The notes: generated from the letters alone by a model not told the origin. Positions 38,930 through 48,409 are shown, counted from the first letter of the stretch. The stretch is 64,000 bases of DNA from Candidatus Eiseniibacteriota bacterium (GCA_030595835.1 JAUVLG010000002.1:19147-83146); one strand, 5' to 3'. A program made the numbers and translations.

Positions 38930-40078
38930 TCAGACGACCGACCTGTCGGTCGTCACGGGTCCCTCGGTGAAGCGGCGCGCGTTCAGGCGAGAGATGTCGA
39001 GGTCCGGTTTCTGCCCGGCCACAACCTGCGCGACCAGCATGGCCACCTTCGGCGCGATCATGAAGCCGTGTCCCGAAAAGCCGTTCGCCTGGAAGAAGCC
39101 GTCCACGCCGTCGGTCTCACCGAGGATGGGCTGCGCGTCCGGTGTGAGATCGTACATGCCGCCCCACTGCCTGACGATCTTCACGGACCTCAGGCGTGGC
39201 ATGAGGAACGCCAGCTTCGCCGACATCGTGGTGAGGAACTCGAGGCTCGACGTCTGGTTGAAGCCCGCGGGCTCGTCCGGGTCTCCGAATCCACCGATCA
39301 CCGATCCGTGCCTGACCTGTCTGAAGTAGACCCCCAGGCTGAACGAGATGATCATAGGGTCGAAGAAGCGCTCGAGCGGCTCAGTGACCAGGATCTGCCG
39401 GCGGTACGGGGTGATGGGCAGATCTACACCTGCTGTCTTCGCGATCGGGACCGAATGGCTGCCGGTGACGTTGACCACGAGCGGAGCACGGATGGTCCCT
39501 CTGGACGTTTCGACGCCCGTCACGCGGCCGCGCTTCGTGAGGACCCGCGTGACCGGTGTGAAGAGCTCGACCTCGACCCCCAGGCGGCGCGCCGCGTCGG
39601 CGTAGGCTCTGGTCGTCAGGAACGGGTTGGCGCTGGCGTCCGAGGGGCAGTAGGTCGCCATCCGGACGCCGTCGGTGTTCAGCTGCGGCACGACTCTGTC
39701 TGTGATCTCGTCGGGGGTCAGGATCGCAACATCGAGGCCGAGCCCTTGCTGGAGAGCAACGTTCCTCTCGAACTGGGCCACGTCCTCGTCCGTGTAGGCG
39801 AGGACCAGATAGCCGCCCTGGAGGAACTCGATGTCGGCGTCGAGCTCCTCCGAAAGCGAAGAAAACTCCCTGACGCTCTCGATTGCGAGCTGCGTGTTGG
39901 CCTCCGTGCTCCACTGCTGGCGGATTCCCCCGCCGCAGCGACCCGTCGCGCCGCTCGACAGGTAGTCGGCCTCGACGAGAACACAGTCGGTCATCCCGGC
40001 CTTCGCCAGGTAGTAAGCGATGGCAGTGCCGACGACTCCGCCACCTATGATCACGCACTCGGCCCTACTCTTCATCAT
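38930..40078 (-). CDS. FAD-dependent oxidoreductase, sarcosine-oxidase-beta / proline-dehydrogenase-beta like (DadA family)
   Basis: 382 aa; ECVIIGGGVVGTAIAYYLAKAG (GxGxxG), ...LSSGATGRCGGGIRQQWS...; a DAO-type flavoprotein. Confidence 0.85.
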   Translation of the reverse strand: MMKSRAECVIIGGGVVGTAIAYYLAKAGMTDCVLVEADYLSSGATGRCGGGIRQQWSTEANTQLAIESVREFSSLSEELDADIEFLQGGYLVLAYTDEDVAQFERNVALQQGLGLDVAILTPDEITDRVVPQLNTDGVRMATYCPSDASANPFLTTRAYADAARRLGVEVELFTPVTRVLTKRGRVTGVETSRGTIRAPLVVNVTGSHSVPIAKTAGVDLPITPYRRQILVTEPLERFFDPMIISFSLGVYFRQVRHGSVIGGFGDPDEPAGFNQTSSLEFLTTMSAKLAFLMPRLRSVKIVRQWGGMYDLTPDAQPILGETDGVDGFFQANGFSGHGFMIAPKVAMLVAQVVAGQKPDLDISRLNARRFTEGPVTTDRSVV

Positions 40079-40373
40079 TGGTTCCTGTCGGGGCGCTGAC
40101 GTTCATGACGTCGGGTTCCGCAAGCGTTCCTATCTCGACGGGCCTCGACGGCGGGCGGACGGCCGGGTACGGCACGTCGGCTATCTTCGCTCCGGTCTTC
40201 TCGGCGATTATCCGCGCGATGAGTCTCGAGCACGTGCGTCCCTGGCACGGCCCCATTCCGGTGCGGAGGACCCGCTTGATCTCCTCGGTGGTCGTGAGCC
40301 CTTCGTCGATCGCGTCCACGATCTCACCGTAGGTAACGTCCTCGCACCTGCATATGATGACGTCACGATTCAT
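40065..40373 (-). CDS. BFD-like [2Fe-2S]-binding small subunit
   Basis: 102 aa from the ATG overlapping the upstream stop (ATGA): MNRDVIICRCEDVTYGEIVDAIDEGLTTTEEIKRVLRTGMGPCQGRTCSRLIARII carries the BFD-like C-x-C...C-x4-C motif. Confidence 0.7.
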   Translation of the reverse strand: MNRDVIICRCEDVTYGEIVDAIDEGLTTTEEIKRVLRTGMGPCQGRTCSRLIARIIAEKTGAKIADVPYPAVRPPSRPVEIGTLAEPDVMNVSAPTGTNDEE

Positions 40374-40870
40374 GCAGTCACGTCCTTGGCCAGAAAGTGC
40401 CTCACGTCCATCGCGTGGTCCGCGGGCACGGAGAGAGTCACTATTGGGGTCCGGTCGAGCGCCAACGCCTGCAGGACACGCTTGACCGTTCCCTCGCCGA
40501 GAACCTTGCCTTCCCTCGACAGCGTTACCACCGTGTCGCCGACGGAGGGGAGGGGGGTGTACTCGTAGGGAAGCGAGACCGTCGCGGCTCCGGCGTCCAG
40601 GCTCATGTCGACCACGAAGATCGCGAGCCCGGGGCACGCGCTGACACAGAGCCCGCACCCGTCGCAGGTGTCGAAGTCGACCGACGGTGTGCCGTTCATG
40701 TCGCCCTCTATGCGGATGGCGCCCTTGGGGCACGCTTCCACACACGGGTCGCACGGGATGTTCTCGACGCACTCGATGATGGCGACGGGCCCGCAGGCCG
40801 ACCTCTCCGTCGAGGGCACGAGGGGCAGGAGCTGCCGCCGTTCAAGGATGCCGTCCTGTCGGTGACTCAC
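40370..40870 (-). CDS. 4Fe-4S ferredoxin-like subunit
   Basis: 166 aa; two Cys clusters (CVENIPCDPCVEACP and CDGCGLCVSACP). Confidence 0.7.
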   Translation of the reverse strand: MSHRQDGILERRQLLPLVPSTERSACGPVAIIECVENIPCDPCVEACPKGAIRIEGDMNGTPSVDFDTCDGCGLCVSACPGLAIFVVDMSLDAGAATVSLPYEYTPLPSVGDTVVTLSREGKVLGEGTVKRVLQALALDRTPIVTLSVPADHAMDVRHFLAKDVTA

Positions 40871-42324
40871 GAGTCACCCCCTCGCGCGCTGGCCAGTGCG
40901 AGCATCTTCCGCTTACCTGCTCTGGCGTGCTTTCCGAACGGGCCGGCCCTGAGCGCGCGCAGGCCTTCTTCGGCCTCGCTTCTGAGGCGCGTCAGTTCAC
41001 CCATCTCCCGGTCGTGGAGGAACTTCGCGGCGGCCGAGAGGCCGGCGAGTCGTCCCTCGAGCATCGCCGTCGATGCTTCCTCAATGCCGGAGGCGTCGCC
41101 TGCGATGTGGACGCCGGGGACCGTGGTCTCGAGGCTCGCGTCGTGAATTGCCACCCTGCCGCCCAGCTCGGCGACGTATGCCTCGTCGCACCCGAATTGT
41201 GATGCCAGTTCGCAGTTGGGGGTGAGTCCGACGGCCAGGCAGATGGTGTCCACGTCGAGCTCGACTTCCGTGCCCTCGATGGGTCGCCAGTCACCGTCGA
41301 TCTTCGAGATGACTGCGCCCTCCACGCGGTCGGTTCCCAGAGCGCGAAGAACGGTGTGTGAGGTCATGATCGGAACGCCGGCGCGTCTGATTTTCGCCGC
41401 GTGCACGTGGTAACCGCCGAACTCGGGCAGACCCTCCACGACGGCCGCGACCTCGACGCCAGCCTGGAGAAGCTGATAGCTTACGATGAGCCCGATATTG
41501 CCGGCGCCTATCATGAGAACGCGTTTCCCGGGAGCGACGCCGTCGACGTTCATGAGCGTCTGGACGGCCCCGGCGCCGTAGACCCCGGGGAGGTCGCTGT
41601 TGGGAAACGCCAGCATGTTCTCGGAAGCGCCCGTGGCCAGGATGACCGAGTCCGCCGTCAGACGGTGCAGTCTGCCGTTCCGAAGAAGCGCGAGCATCCT
41701 GCCGGGGTAGAGGCCCAGAACTGTGGTGCCGGTCAGACAATCGACCGGCAGATCCTCGATCTCCTTCACGAGAATCGCGCCGATGTCGATGCCGCGCACC
41801 CGGGCATGGTGTTCCTTCGACCCGAAGAACATGTGGGTCTGCTTGATCAGTTGGCCGCCCGGAACGGGGTTCTCGTCAATGACAACGGATCTGACCCCGA
41901 GCTGTCCCGCTGCAATGGCCGCGGAGAGCCCCGCCGGTCCGGCGCCTACGATGGCGAGCGGTACGTTGCCCAGGTCTCTCGGGTAGTCGGGATCTGTTGG
42001 GGGGGTGGGGAAGTGCACGTCCGGGATGATGCCCTTGCCCGTCTGTGTCTCGATTCGCATGCCCGCCGACAGCGCGGTCACGCACGTCATTACGTTCGGG
42101 ACGCCGTCGACGGTCATCAGGCACGACGAGCACCTGCCGATGGCGCAGAAGAAGCCCCTCGGCCGGTCGAGTTTGATGCTGTGTCGAAGGACGCGAACGC
42201 CGGCCGCGTGCAGCGCCGCGGCGATGGATTCACCCTCGTGCCCCTTGAGTTTCCGGCCGTCGTGCTCGAACTCGACGAGCGGGCCCTTCTCGAACTTGAG
42301 GATCGGGTGTTCCGTGATGCGCAC
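40867..42324 (-). CDS. NAD(P)/FAD-dependent oxidoreductase alpha subunit with N-terminal 2Fe-2S domain (OoxA / HcnB / PDH1-alpha like)
   Basis: 485 aa; N-terminal 2Fe-2S ferredoxin-like segment (GFFCAIGRCSSCLMTVDGVPNVMTC), Rossmann motifs LAIVGAGPAGLSAAIAA and RVLMIGAGNIGLIVSYQL; overlaps the next gene by 4 nt. Confidence 0.8.
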   Translation of the reverse strand: MRITEHPILKFEKGPLVEFEHDGRKLKGHEGESIAAALHAAGVRVLRHSIKLDRPRGFFCAIGRCSSCLMTVDGVPNVMTCVTALSAGMRIETQTGKGIIPDVHFPTPPTDPDYPRDLGNVPLAIVGAGPAGLSAAIAAGQLGVRSVVIDENPVPGGQLIKQTHMFFGSKEHHARVRGIDIGAILVKEIEDLPVDCLTGTTVLGLYPGRMLALLRNGRLHRLTADSVILATGASENMLAFPNSDLPGVYGAGAVQTLMNVDGVAPGKRVLMIGAGNIGLIVSYQLLQAGVEVAAVVEGLPEFGGYHVHAAKIRRAGVPIMTSHTVLRALGTDRVEGAVISKIDGDWRPIEGTEVELDVDTICLAVGLTPNCELASQFGCDEAYVAELGGRVAIHDASLETTVPGVHIAGDASGIEEASTAMLEGRLAGLSAAAKFLHDREMGELTRLRSEAEEGLRALRAGPFGKHARAGKRKMLALASARGGDS

Positions 42325-42572
42325 GATGTGGGTGCTCCCCGTCGAACGCGTTTCCAGGATCCGTGGAACCCACGGCGCGTTTGAGAGAATGACGTTGAAG
42401 GACCGCAGCGTTTCCCGCTAGAATGAGCCCGGAGCAGGGATCCCTCACACGTCCGGGAACCCGAGGCGCCACGACCAGACAGAATACCATTCGCTGCCCG
42501 GTCCGGGCAACCCGAATCGCGAGCGACCATTCGCCGCACGTGTCTGACCGAACTCAGTTGGCGTCGGGAGAG

Positions 42573-43418
42573 ATGCTGGACTCAGCTCCGGCGGACCCGA
42601 TCCGGAGCCTGGCGGAGGAGATGATGACCGTACCGACAGTACTGACCATCGCCGGTTCCGACTCGTCAGGGGGCGCCGGGATCCAGGCCGACCTCAAGAC
42701 GATGTCAGCCTTCGGTGTCTTTGGGACGACCGCCCTGACGGCGGTTACCGCACAGAACACCCTGGGCGTGACAGAGAGCCTGTTTCTCTCCGCCGAACTC
42801 GTGGCTCGTCAGATAGACGCCGTGGTGGAGGATGTGGGGGTCGATGCAGCCAAGACAGGTATGCTCGGGACCGCCCTTGTCATTGAGATCGTGGCGGAGA
42901 GAGTCGGCCGGCACCGGATCCCGAACCTCGTGGTCGACCCTGTGATGGTGGCGACGTCCGGCGCTTCTCTGATGGAGGACGATTGCCTGGGTGCGCTCCG
43001 GACGGCCTTGATACCGCGGGCGTATATCGTGACGCCGAACGTCCCCGAGGCGGAAGTTCTCTCCGGCGTCAGCATCGTCTCGCTGGAGACCATGGAGGAA
43101 GCGGCCCGGGCCGTACACGGGCTCGGTGCGGCCAACGTACTGGTGAAGGCCGGGCACATCGAGGGCAGCGCCACCGATGTGCTCTTCGATGGAGAGAACA
43201 TCACCCGCTTCTCGGCCGAGCGGATAGAGGGCGGTAGCATCCACGGGACCGGGTGCACGCTGTCGGCGGCCATTGCGTCAGGACTGGCGCTGGGTCTTGA
43301 ACTCACTGATGCCATAGCTGGAGCCAAGTCGTTTGTGACGCGGGGCATAGCGGCAGCGCTCGACATGGGTAGCGGCAGCGCGTTCGTCAATCACTTCGTG
43401 TCGGTGGACGAGGGCTGA
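42573..43418 (+). CDS. thiD: Hydroxymethylpyrimidine / phosphomethylpyrimidine kinase
   Basis: [44 protein letters not shown]..., ...KTGMLG..., ...[17 protein letters not shown] are canonical ThiD motifs. Start placed at ATG 42573 (RBS GGGAGAG); the upstream 50 codons of the track ORF look non-coding. Confidence 0.85.
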   Translation: MLDSAPADPIRSLAEEMMTVPTVLTIAGSDSSGGAGIQADLKTMSAFGVFGTTALTAVTAQNTLGVTESLFLSAELVARQIDAVVEDVGVDAAKTGMLGTALVIEIVAERVGRHRIPNLVVDPVMVATSGASLMEDDCLGALRTALIPRAYIVTPNVPEAEVLSGVSIVSLETMEEAARAVHGLGAANVLVKAGHIEGSATDVLFDGENITRFSAERIEGGSIHGTGCTLSAAIASGLALGLELTDAIAGAKSFVTRGIAAALDMGSGSAFVNHFVSVDEG

Positions 43419-43479
43419 GTCAGATTCGGGCATGACTTCGAAGGCGTGGCACAGGCGCCAGGGCGAATGGAGGACGGCA

Positions 43480-44397
43480 GTGAAGCACGTGTTCGGACCG
43501 GTACCATCGCGAAGACTCGGGTTCTCACTCGGCGTGGATCCGGTCATCCCAAAGACATGCACGCTCGACTGTGTCTACTGCGAGCTTGGTCCCACGACGG
43601 ACAGGACCGTCACGCGGCAGCTGTACGTTCCCATCGACGGGATACTGGAGGAACTGGGAGCCAGACTGGCCGAGAACCCGGACCTCGATTTCATCACGTT
43701 GTCCGGGTCGGGTGAGCCCACGCTCAACTCCGGTCTGGGCAGGCTAATCGACGGTATCAAGGATATGACGGATGTCCCGGTGGCCGTTCTCACCAACGGG
43801 ACACTGCTCACCGATCCGGACGTGCGGGCCGCGCTCGCCCGTGCCGACGTTGTGGCCCCTTCGCTGGACGCGGTCTCCCGCGACGCCTTCGAGAAGGTCA
43901 ACCGTCCGCACGAGTCGCTCGATCCGGGCGTAATTGCCGATGCCCTCGTCACTTTCGCCCGCGAGTACCGCGGGAAGATTTGGCTTGAGGTCCTGTTTGT
44001 CGAGGGGCTGAACGACAGTTCCGACGAGGTTGAGCGTATCGCCGGAATTATCGACGCCGTCAAACCGGACAAGGTCCACGTGAACACGGTCGTGCGACCC
44101 CCGGCGGCGCCACACTCACGCGCGCTCAGTCAGGAACGTCTGGAAGAGATAGCGGAACGCTTCGGTCCGAACGCTGTGGTAATCGCGAGTGCGACCGGGC
44201 CGTCGCAGCCGAAGTCCGAGCGCGATGCCTCCGATGTCATCGTCGCGATGGCCGCGCGCAGACCGGTCACTGCCATCGATGTTGCCAGATCCGTCGGCGT
44301 CAGTCAGGCCGCTGCCGCGAAGCGGCTGAACGCGTTGGTCGAAAGAGGAGTCTTATCAGTTGTGCGGCACGGCGAAAGACTGTATTATAAGCAGTGA
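43480..44397 (+). CDS. Radical SAM protein with C-terminal winged-helix (MarR-like) domain
   Basis: GTG start with GGAGGA 5 nt upstream: VKHVFGPVPSRRLGFSLGVDPVIPKTCTLDCVYCELG (CxxxCxxC at the N-terminus), ...LSGSGEPTL...; C-terminal wHTH (RRPVTAIDVARSVGVSQAAAAKRLNALVERGVLSVVRHGERLYY). Confidence 0.75.
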   Translation: MKHVFGPVPSRRLGFSLGVDPVIPKTCTLDCVYCELGPTTDRTVTRQLYVPIDGILEELGARLAENPDLDFITLSGSGEPTLNSGLGRLIDGIKDMTDVPVAVLTNGTLLTDPDVRAALARADVVAPSLDAVSRDAFEKVNRPHESLDPGVIADALVTFAREYRGKIWLEVLFVEGLNDSSDEVERIAGIIDAVKPDKVHVNTVVRPPAAPHSRALSQERLEEIAERFGPNAVVIASATGPSQPKSERDASDVIVAMAARRPVTAIDVARSVGVSQAAAAKRLNALVERGVLSVVRHGERLYYKQ

Positions 44398-44408
44398 CCT
44401 GAGAGGGG

Positions 44409-45131
44409 GTGTCAGTGAAGCATGCGATCAAGGGATTCGACCAGATGTCCCTCGTGGATTGGGACGGCATGGTCGCCTCGACACTCTACACCTCTGGCTG
44501 CAATTTCCGTTGTCCGTACTGTCACAACTCCGGTTTGGTTCTGTTCCCGGATCAGTACGAGTCAATACCCGTCGATGAGATTCTTGATTACGTGAGGGAG
44601 CACAACGATTTCATCGACGGCGTCGTCATCACTGGCGGCGAGCCCTGCATCCACAGCAACATCGGGGTCTTGATCAAGCAGCTGCGAGAGGTGGGAGTAG
44701 CAGTGAAGCTCGACACGAACGGTTCCTTTCCGGATCTGCTCGAGTCGCTGATAGACAAGGAACTGGTCGACTACGTGGCGATGGACGTCAAGGCGCCGCT
44801 CGACTTCGATGCGTACTCGAAGAGCGCCGGGATCACCGATCGCCGCACGTTCGAGAAGGTGCGAGACAGCATCGACCTCCTGATGGAAGGGAGGGTCGAC
44901 TACGAATTCCGAATGACCGTCGTGCCCGCACTGCATCGCGCAAGCGATCTCCAGCGGGTCGCGGAGCAGATCAGGGGCGCGAGCCGTTTCATTCTTCAGA
45001 ACTACGTGCCGCGTGACACGCTGGATCCTGCTTTTCTCAACGAGACACCATACAACGCGGAGCGGCTTGAGGAGTTCAAGAAGATGATGGCGCCGATGTT
45101 CGGCGAGTGTCTGATTCGCGGGGAGAGCTAG
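44409..45131 (+). CDS. Radical SAM protein, anaerobic ribonucleotide reductase activase (NrdG)-like family
   Basis: 240 aa; TSGCNFRCPYCHNSGLV (CxxxCxxC), VVITGGEPC; 11-nt gap after the preceding radical SAM gene. Confidence 0.8.
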   Translation: MSVKHAIKGFDQMSLVDWDGMVASTLYTSGCNFRCPYCHNSGLVLFPDQYESIPVDEILDYVREHNDFIDGVVITGGEPCIHSNIGVLIKQLREVGVAVKLDTNGSFPDLLESLIDKELVDYVAMDVKAPLDFDAYSKSAGITDRRTFEKVRDSIDLLMEGRVDYEFRMTVVPALHRASDLQRVAEQIRGASRFILQNYVPRDTLDPAFLNETPYNAERLEEFKKMMAPMFGECLIRGES

Positions 45132-45177
45132 AGCGGGCGGAGCGCCGGTGGTCCGCGCTCTGGTGTGTGCCTGCTTT

Positions 45178-45897
45178 CTACTTCTTGCGATTGTGGGTAT
45201 TGAGCTTCCGGATGGACGAGCGGCGAGGCCTCGATAGGAGGACTCGCCGTTTGTGCATTCTCTCGTGCACGGCGCGAACACTGGTCGCGCCGCCCTCACC
45301 GTCGTCTTCCCTCAGCACGGCTCTCCCGAACAGCAGCGGAACCGCGTAGACGGACGCCACGACAAGCGGTACGTGTATCCACCCTTCAGAGAGAAGACCG
45401 TTGACACCGATGACGAGTCCGACTGCGGCAAGCGACCCGTGGAGGGGACGGCTCGTCGCCGGTGCGATGGAGTTCAGTGTCGCGAGCGCGAGGAGAAGGG
45501 TAGGAGGCAGCGTCACGCCGAGAGGGGAGAAGACGAAGCTTGGTAGCTCGCCTGAGTACCCCGGATACAGCAGAGCGAAAAGCCCCAGGATACCCATCAC
45601 TGCGAGTCGAAGTCGGGGCGTGCGGCGGAATGAGAGGACGTTCTTCGGGTGCGCTGCCTCGAGACACCAGAGCGCGGACAGTCCGGTGGTGAACGCTGCC
45701 ACAATGCGTGCGGACGGGTGGCCGGCGAGCGCCACCGCCGCGGTGGCGAAGGCAAGAGCGAAGTACACGGCGACCGTCCTCTCCATCGACGTGCGTCTGA
45801 TCCAGAACAGGACCGCGACGACGGCGACGGCGAAGTGGTGCAGCGCTGCCACAAGGAGGAAGCTCTCGGCGACGGCCAGCTGCGTTTCCGGTGACAT
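45178..45897 (-). CDS. Hypothetical polytopic membrane protein (last gene of TPP-riboswitch operon)
   Basis: 239 aa, about 6 predicted TM segments (FLLVAALHHFAVAVVAVLFWI; VAVYFALAFATAAVALAG; LAVMGILGLFALLY; ...). It follows the PurM-like gene by 35 nt. Confidence 0.5.
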   Translation of the reverse strand: MSPETQLAVAESFLLVAALHHFAVAVVAVLFWIRRTSMERTVAVYFALAFATAAVALAGHPSARIVAAFTTGLSALWCLEAAHPKNVLSFRRTPRLRLAVMGILGLFALLYPGYSGELPSFVFSPLGVTLPPTLLLALATLNSIAPATSRPLHGSLAAVGLVIGVNGLLSEGWIHVPLVVASVYAVPLLFGRAVLREDDGEGGATSVRAVHERMHKRRVLLSRPRRSSIRKLNTHNRKK

Positions 45898-45932
45898 GTC
45901 TCAGTGCCCTCCGTTCGACCACGGTGCCGTAG

Positions 45933-46988
45933 CTACCTCGCGGACTGCTTCGCGAGGTACTCTTCGAACTTGCCCCAGAACGGATCGATCTCGGGGTGCT
46001 CGAGAGGATGCCGCCCGTCCTCGTCGATGACGACGACACCCGCGTCGGGCTCGGTGAGTTCTCCCACGACGGACGCGGGTATCCCCTTTCCATCAAGGGC
46101 CGCCAGGATGTCCTCGGCCCGGTCGGGCTTCACCGTAGCCACGAGAGTCCCCTCACTGATGCTCTTGTAGGGGTCGATGTCGAAGACCTCACAGGTCTTC
46201 ATGACGGCGTCCTGTGTTACGATGCTGCACTTCTCGACCACGAGCCCCTTCCCGGACGCTCGCGCTATCTCGAACAACGCGCCCCAGATCCCGCACTCCG
46301 TGGCGTCGTGCATGGCGGTTACGCCGCCCACGCCCGCGCAGATGGCGGCGTCCTCGATGACGGACATCTGGTAGAAGACGCTCTGAGCCTGCTCGGTCGT
46401 GGTCTCGCCGAAGCGCTCGGTTATGAACTCGGGGAATTGGACCGACATCAACCCGGTCGTCTCGACCGCCGGCCCCTTCGTGATGATGATCCTGTCGCCC
46501 ACCTCTGCCTTGCGAGGATCGATCAGGTCGTCGCTCGCGCCGACCCCGATGACCGTCGCCCCACCGACCATTGGGAAGTTGCATCCCGCGTACCTGGCCG
46601 TGTGCCCGGTGACAATGGCGATTCCCAGGCGTTCCGCCTCCTCGTGCACCGTCTGCCAGATGGTGACGAGCGCCTGCTCCTCCAACTCGGGCGGGAGGTT
46701 GAGATCGACGGCGAGAAACCGAGGTGGGATCCCACTGACGGCGACGTCACTCGCGACAATGTGCAGCGCGAACCACGCCGCGCGCTCCCAGCCTAGCGAG
46801 GGAGCGATGAAGAACGGGTCGGTCGACAGGACCACGGTCCGGTCGCCTATGGTGATGGCCCCGAAGTCGACGCCGTGGGTTGGCCCCACAACGACCGAGT
46901 CGTCGCGCGCCCCGAGGCGCGGGAAGATCACTTCGTCGAAGAACTGTGGTGTTGCCTTGCCCAGTGTTGGAAGTCTTTCCTGCGGCAT
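45933..46988 (-). CDS. AIR-synthase-related (PurM superfamily) protein, HypE-like
   Basis: Start at ATG with GGGAGGA upstream (MPQERLPTLGKATPQFFDEVIFPRLG...). PurM-fold motifs ...VVLSTDPFFIAPSLGWERAAWFALHIVASDVAVSGIPPRFLAVDLNLP... (HypE-like) and C-terminal ...AMHDATECGIWGALFEIA.... The upstream 98 codons of the track ORF are Arg-rich junk. Confidence 0.75.
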   Translation of the reverse strand: MPQERLPTLGKATPQFFDEVIFPRLGARDDSVVVGPTHGVDFGAITIGDRTVVLSTDPFFIAPSLGWERAAWFALHIVASDVAVSGIPPRFLAVDLNLPPELEEQALVTIWQTVHEEAERLGIAIVTGHTARYAGCNFPMVGGATVIGVGASDDLIDPRKAEVGDRIIITKGPAVETTGLMSVQFPEFITERFGETTTEQAQSVFYQMSVIEDAAICAGVGGVTAMHDATECGIWGALFEIARASGKGLVVEKCSIVTQDAVMKTCEVFDIDPYKSISEGTLVATVKPDRAEDILAALDGKGIPASVVGELTEPDAGVVVIDEDGRHPLEHPEIDPFWGKFEEYLAKQSAR

Positions 46989-47083
46989 GCGTCCTCCCTG
47001 CAACGGTGTTGTCTTTCGTTCCCTTGTCGTCACACTCGGGGCACGCGGTCGCGTCGGTAGCCCGCTGCGGTTTCGTCCCGTGT

Positions 47084-47626
47084 TCAGCCGCGTCCGCTCT
47101 CCTCTATGTAGGTGCGGACGATCCTCCTGTGATCCGCGAACGCTATCGGCTGCGGCAGGTCGTCCATGTCGAAGAACGCCGCCTCGGCCGCGTCGTCGCC
47201 CGCGGCGAGTTCTCCGCCAACCACCCTGGCAGTGAACGCAATACTGATGACGGGTGTCCTGGGGTCTTCGTCCGTCGCCCATGTGTCGTAGATGCCGGTG
47301 ATCTCGACGTCGAGCCCGGTCTCTTCCTTCGTCTCTCTTGCCGCGCTCGCGTCCGGCTGTTCACCGGCCTCCAGGAAACCCGCCGGCAGGCACCACTTTC
47401 CCTTGCCGGGCTCGTACTTGCGCAGTACGAACAGGAGCTTCCCGTCCCGCTCGGCCAGCACGCACGTCACCGCCGCCGGCGCCATGTAGAAGATGTAGGA
47501 GCAGCTCGTGCAGACCATACGCCGGTGACCGCGGCTCTCTCGCTCCTCGAGCCGGGCCGCGCACCTCGGGCAGAACTTCAGCCCCTCGTAGTTCGCCTGC
47601 GCGTCTATGTCATATGTGTCGTCCAT
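47084..47626 (-). CDS. NUDIX hydrolase with N-terminal zinc-ribbon
   Basis: Start MDDTYDID (GGGAGGAAG RBS); zinc ribbon CPRCAARL...CTSCSYIF; Nudix box GKWCLPAGFLEAGEQPDASAARETKEETGLDVEI. Confidence 0.8.
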   Translation of the reverse strand: MDDTYDIDAQANYEGLKFCPRCAARLEERESRGHRRMVCTSCSYIFYMAPAAVTCVLAERDGKLLFVLRKYEPGKGKWCLPAGFLEAGEQPDASAARETKEETGLDVEITGIYDTWATDEDPRTPVISIAFTARVVGGELAAGDDAAEAAFFDMDDLPQPIAFADHRRIVRTYIEESGRG

Positions 47627-48302
47627 CTTCCTCCCGGCGTCCCGTCCGGTCAACGGGACCGCTCTCCAATGCGATCTGGAAATCATCGATGGCGTCTAAG
47701 GGATCGTCCGCGTGGCACACGGCCGATATCACAGCGACGTAGTGCGCACCCGCCCTGAGGACGTCCGTCGATGTGGACTTGCTTATGCCTCCTATGGCTA
47801 CCCTCGTCAGTTCGGGAACGCGCCCGGCTACGGACCTGAGTCCGTCCAGACCGATGGGCGCAAGTGCGTCGGGCTTCGTGTCGGTTGGGAACACGGGACC
47901 GACGCCTATGTAGTCGGCGCCGGCAATTCGCGCCTCCTCCGCTTCGTCCGGCGTCCTCGTCGACAGCCCTATGACGGCCGAAGGTCCCAGGAGCTCCCTG
48001 GCGCTTTTTATGCCTGCGTCGGTTCTTCCGAGGTGCACTCCGTCGGCGCCCGCGGCGGCGGCGACGTCCGGCCTGTCGTTGACGATGAAGAGGGTGTCCG
48101 TGCCTCTCGTGACGTCCGCTATCTCACGCGCGAGTCTCAGGAGCTCGTCGTCGGGGAGGTTCTTCTCACGCAACTGTATTGCGGGCACACTGCGCTCGCA
48201 CGCACCGGCCGCGAGCTCGACGTGCGGAATTACCGGGGAGGTGAGAACCAGGTACAATCCGCCTCCGCCGAGGAGACGTTCTTTCGAACTGACAGTGCTC
48301 AC
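47610..48302 (-). CDS. thiE: Thiamine-phosphate synthase
   Basis: 230 aa; ...LYLVLTSPV...IQLREKNLPDDELLRLAREIADVTRGTDTLFIVNDRPDVAAAAGADGVHLGRTD...IGLSTRTPDEAEEARIAGADYIGVGPVFPTDTK... is the TMP-TENI fold signature. Confidence 0.85.
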   Translation of the reverse strand: MSTVSSKERLLGGGGLYLVLTSPVIPHVELAAGACERSVPAIQLREKNLPDDELLRLAREIADVTRGTDTLFIVNDRPDVAAAAGADGVHLGRTDAGIKSARELLGPSAVIGLSTRTPDEAEEARIAGADYIGVGPVFPTDTKPDALAPIGLDGLRSVAGRVPELTRVAIGGISKSTSTDVLRAGAHYVAVISAVCHADDPLDAIDDFQIALESGPVDRTGRREEDGRHI

Positions 48303-48409
48303 GGTATCCCTCCGTACACTCTCCGGAACCGGGCTGCGCGGGTGCGGGTGCGTCCGTTCCCAGGCGCGTCCGCGGGCTCGCGCCCGACCGGTTTCGGTGC
48401 GTGGACCGA

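Noticed and set aside
42325-42572. Possible second TPP riboswitch upstream of thiD
   Set aside because: The region contains UGAGAGA but lacks the GGGGUGCC / ACCC / CCUGAUC / GCCAGCGUAGGGAA elements on either strand. Only a -10-like TAGAAT and simple hairpins are present, so no riboswitch is called; a structured 140-nt leader remains possible.
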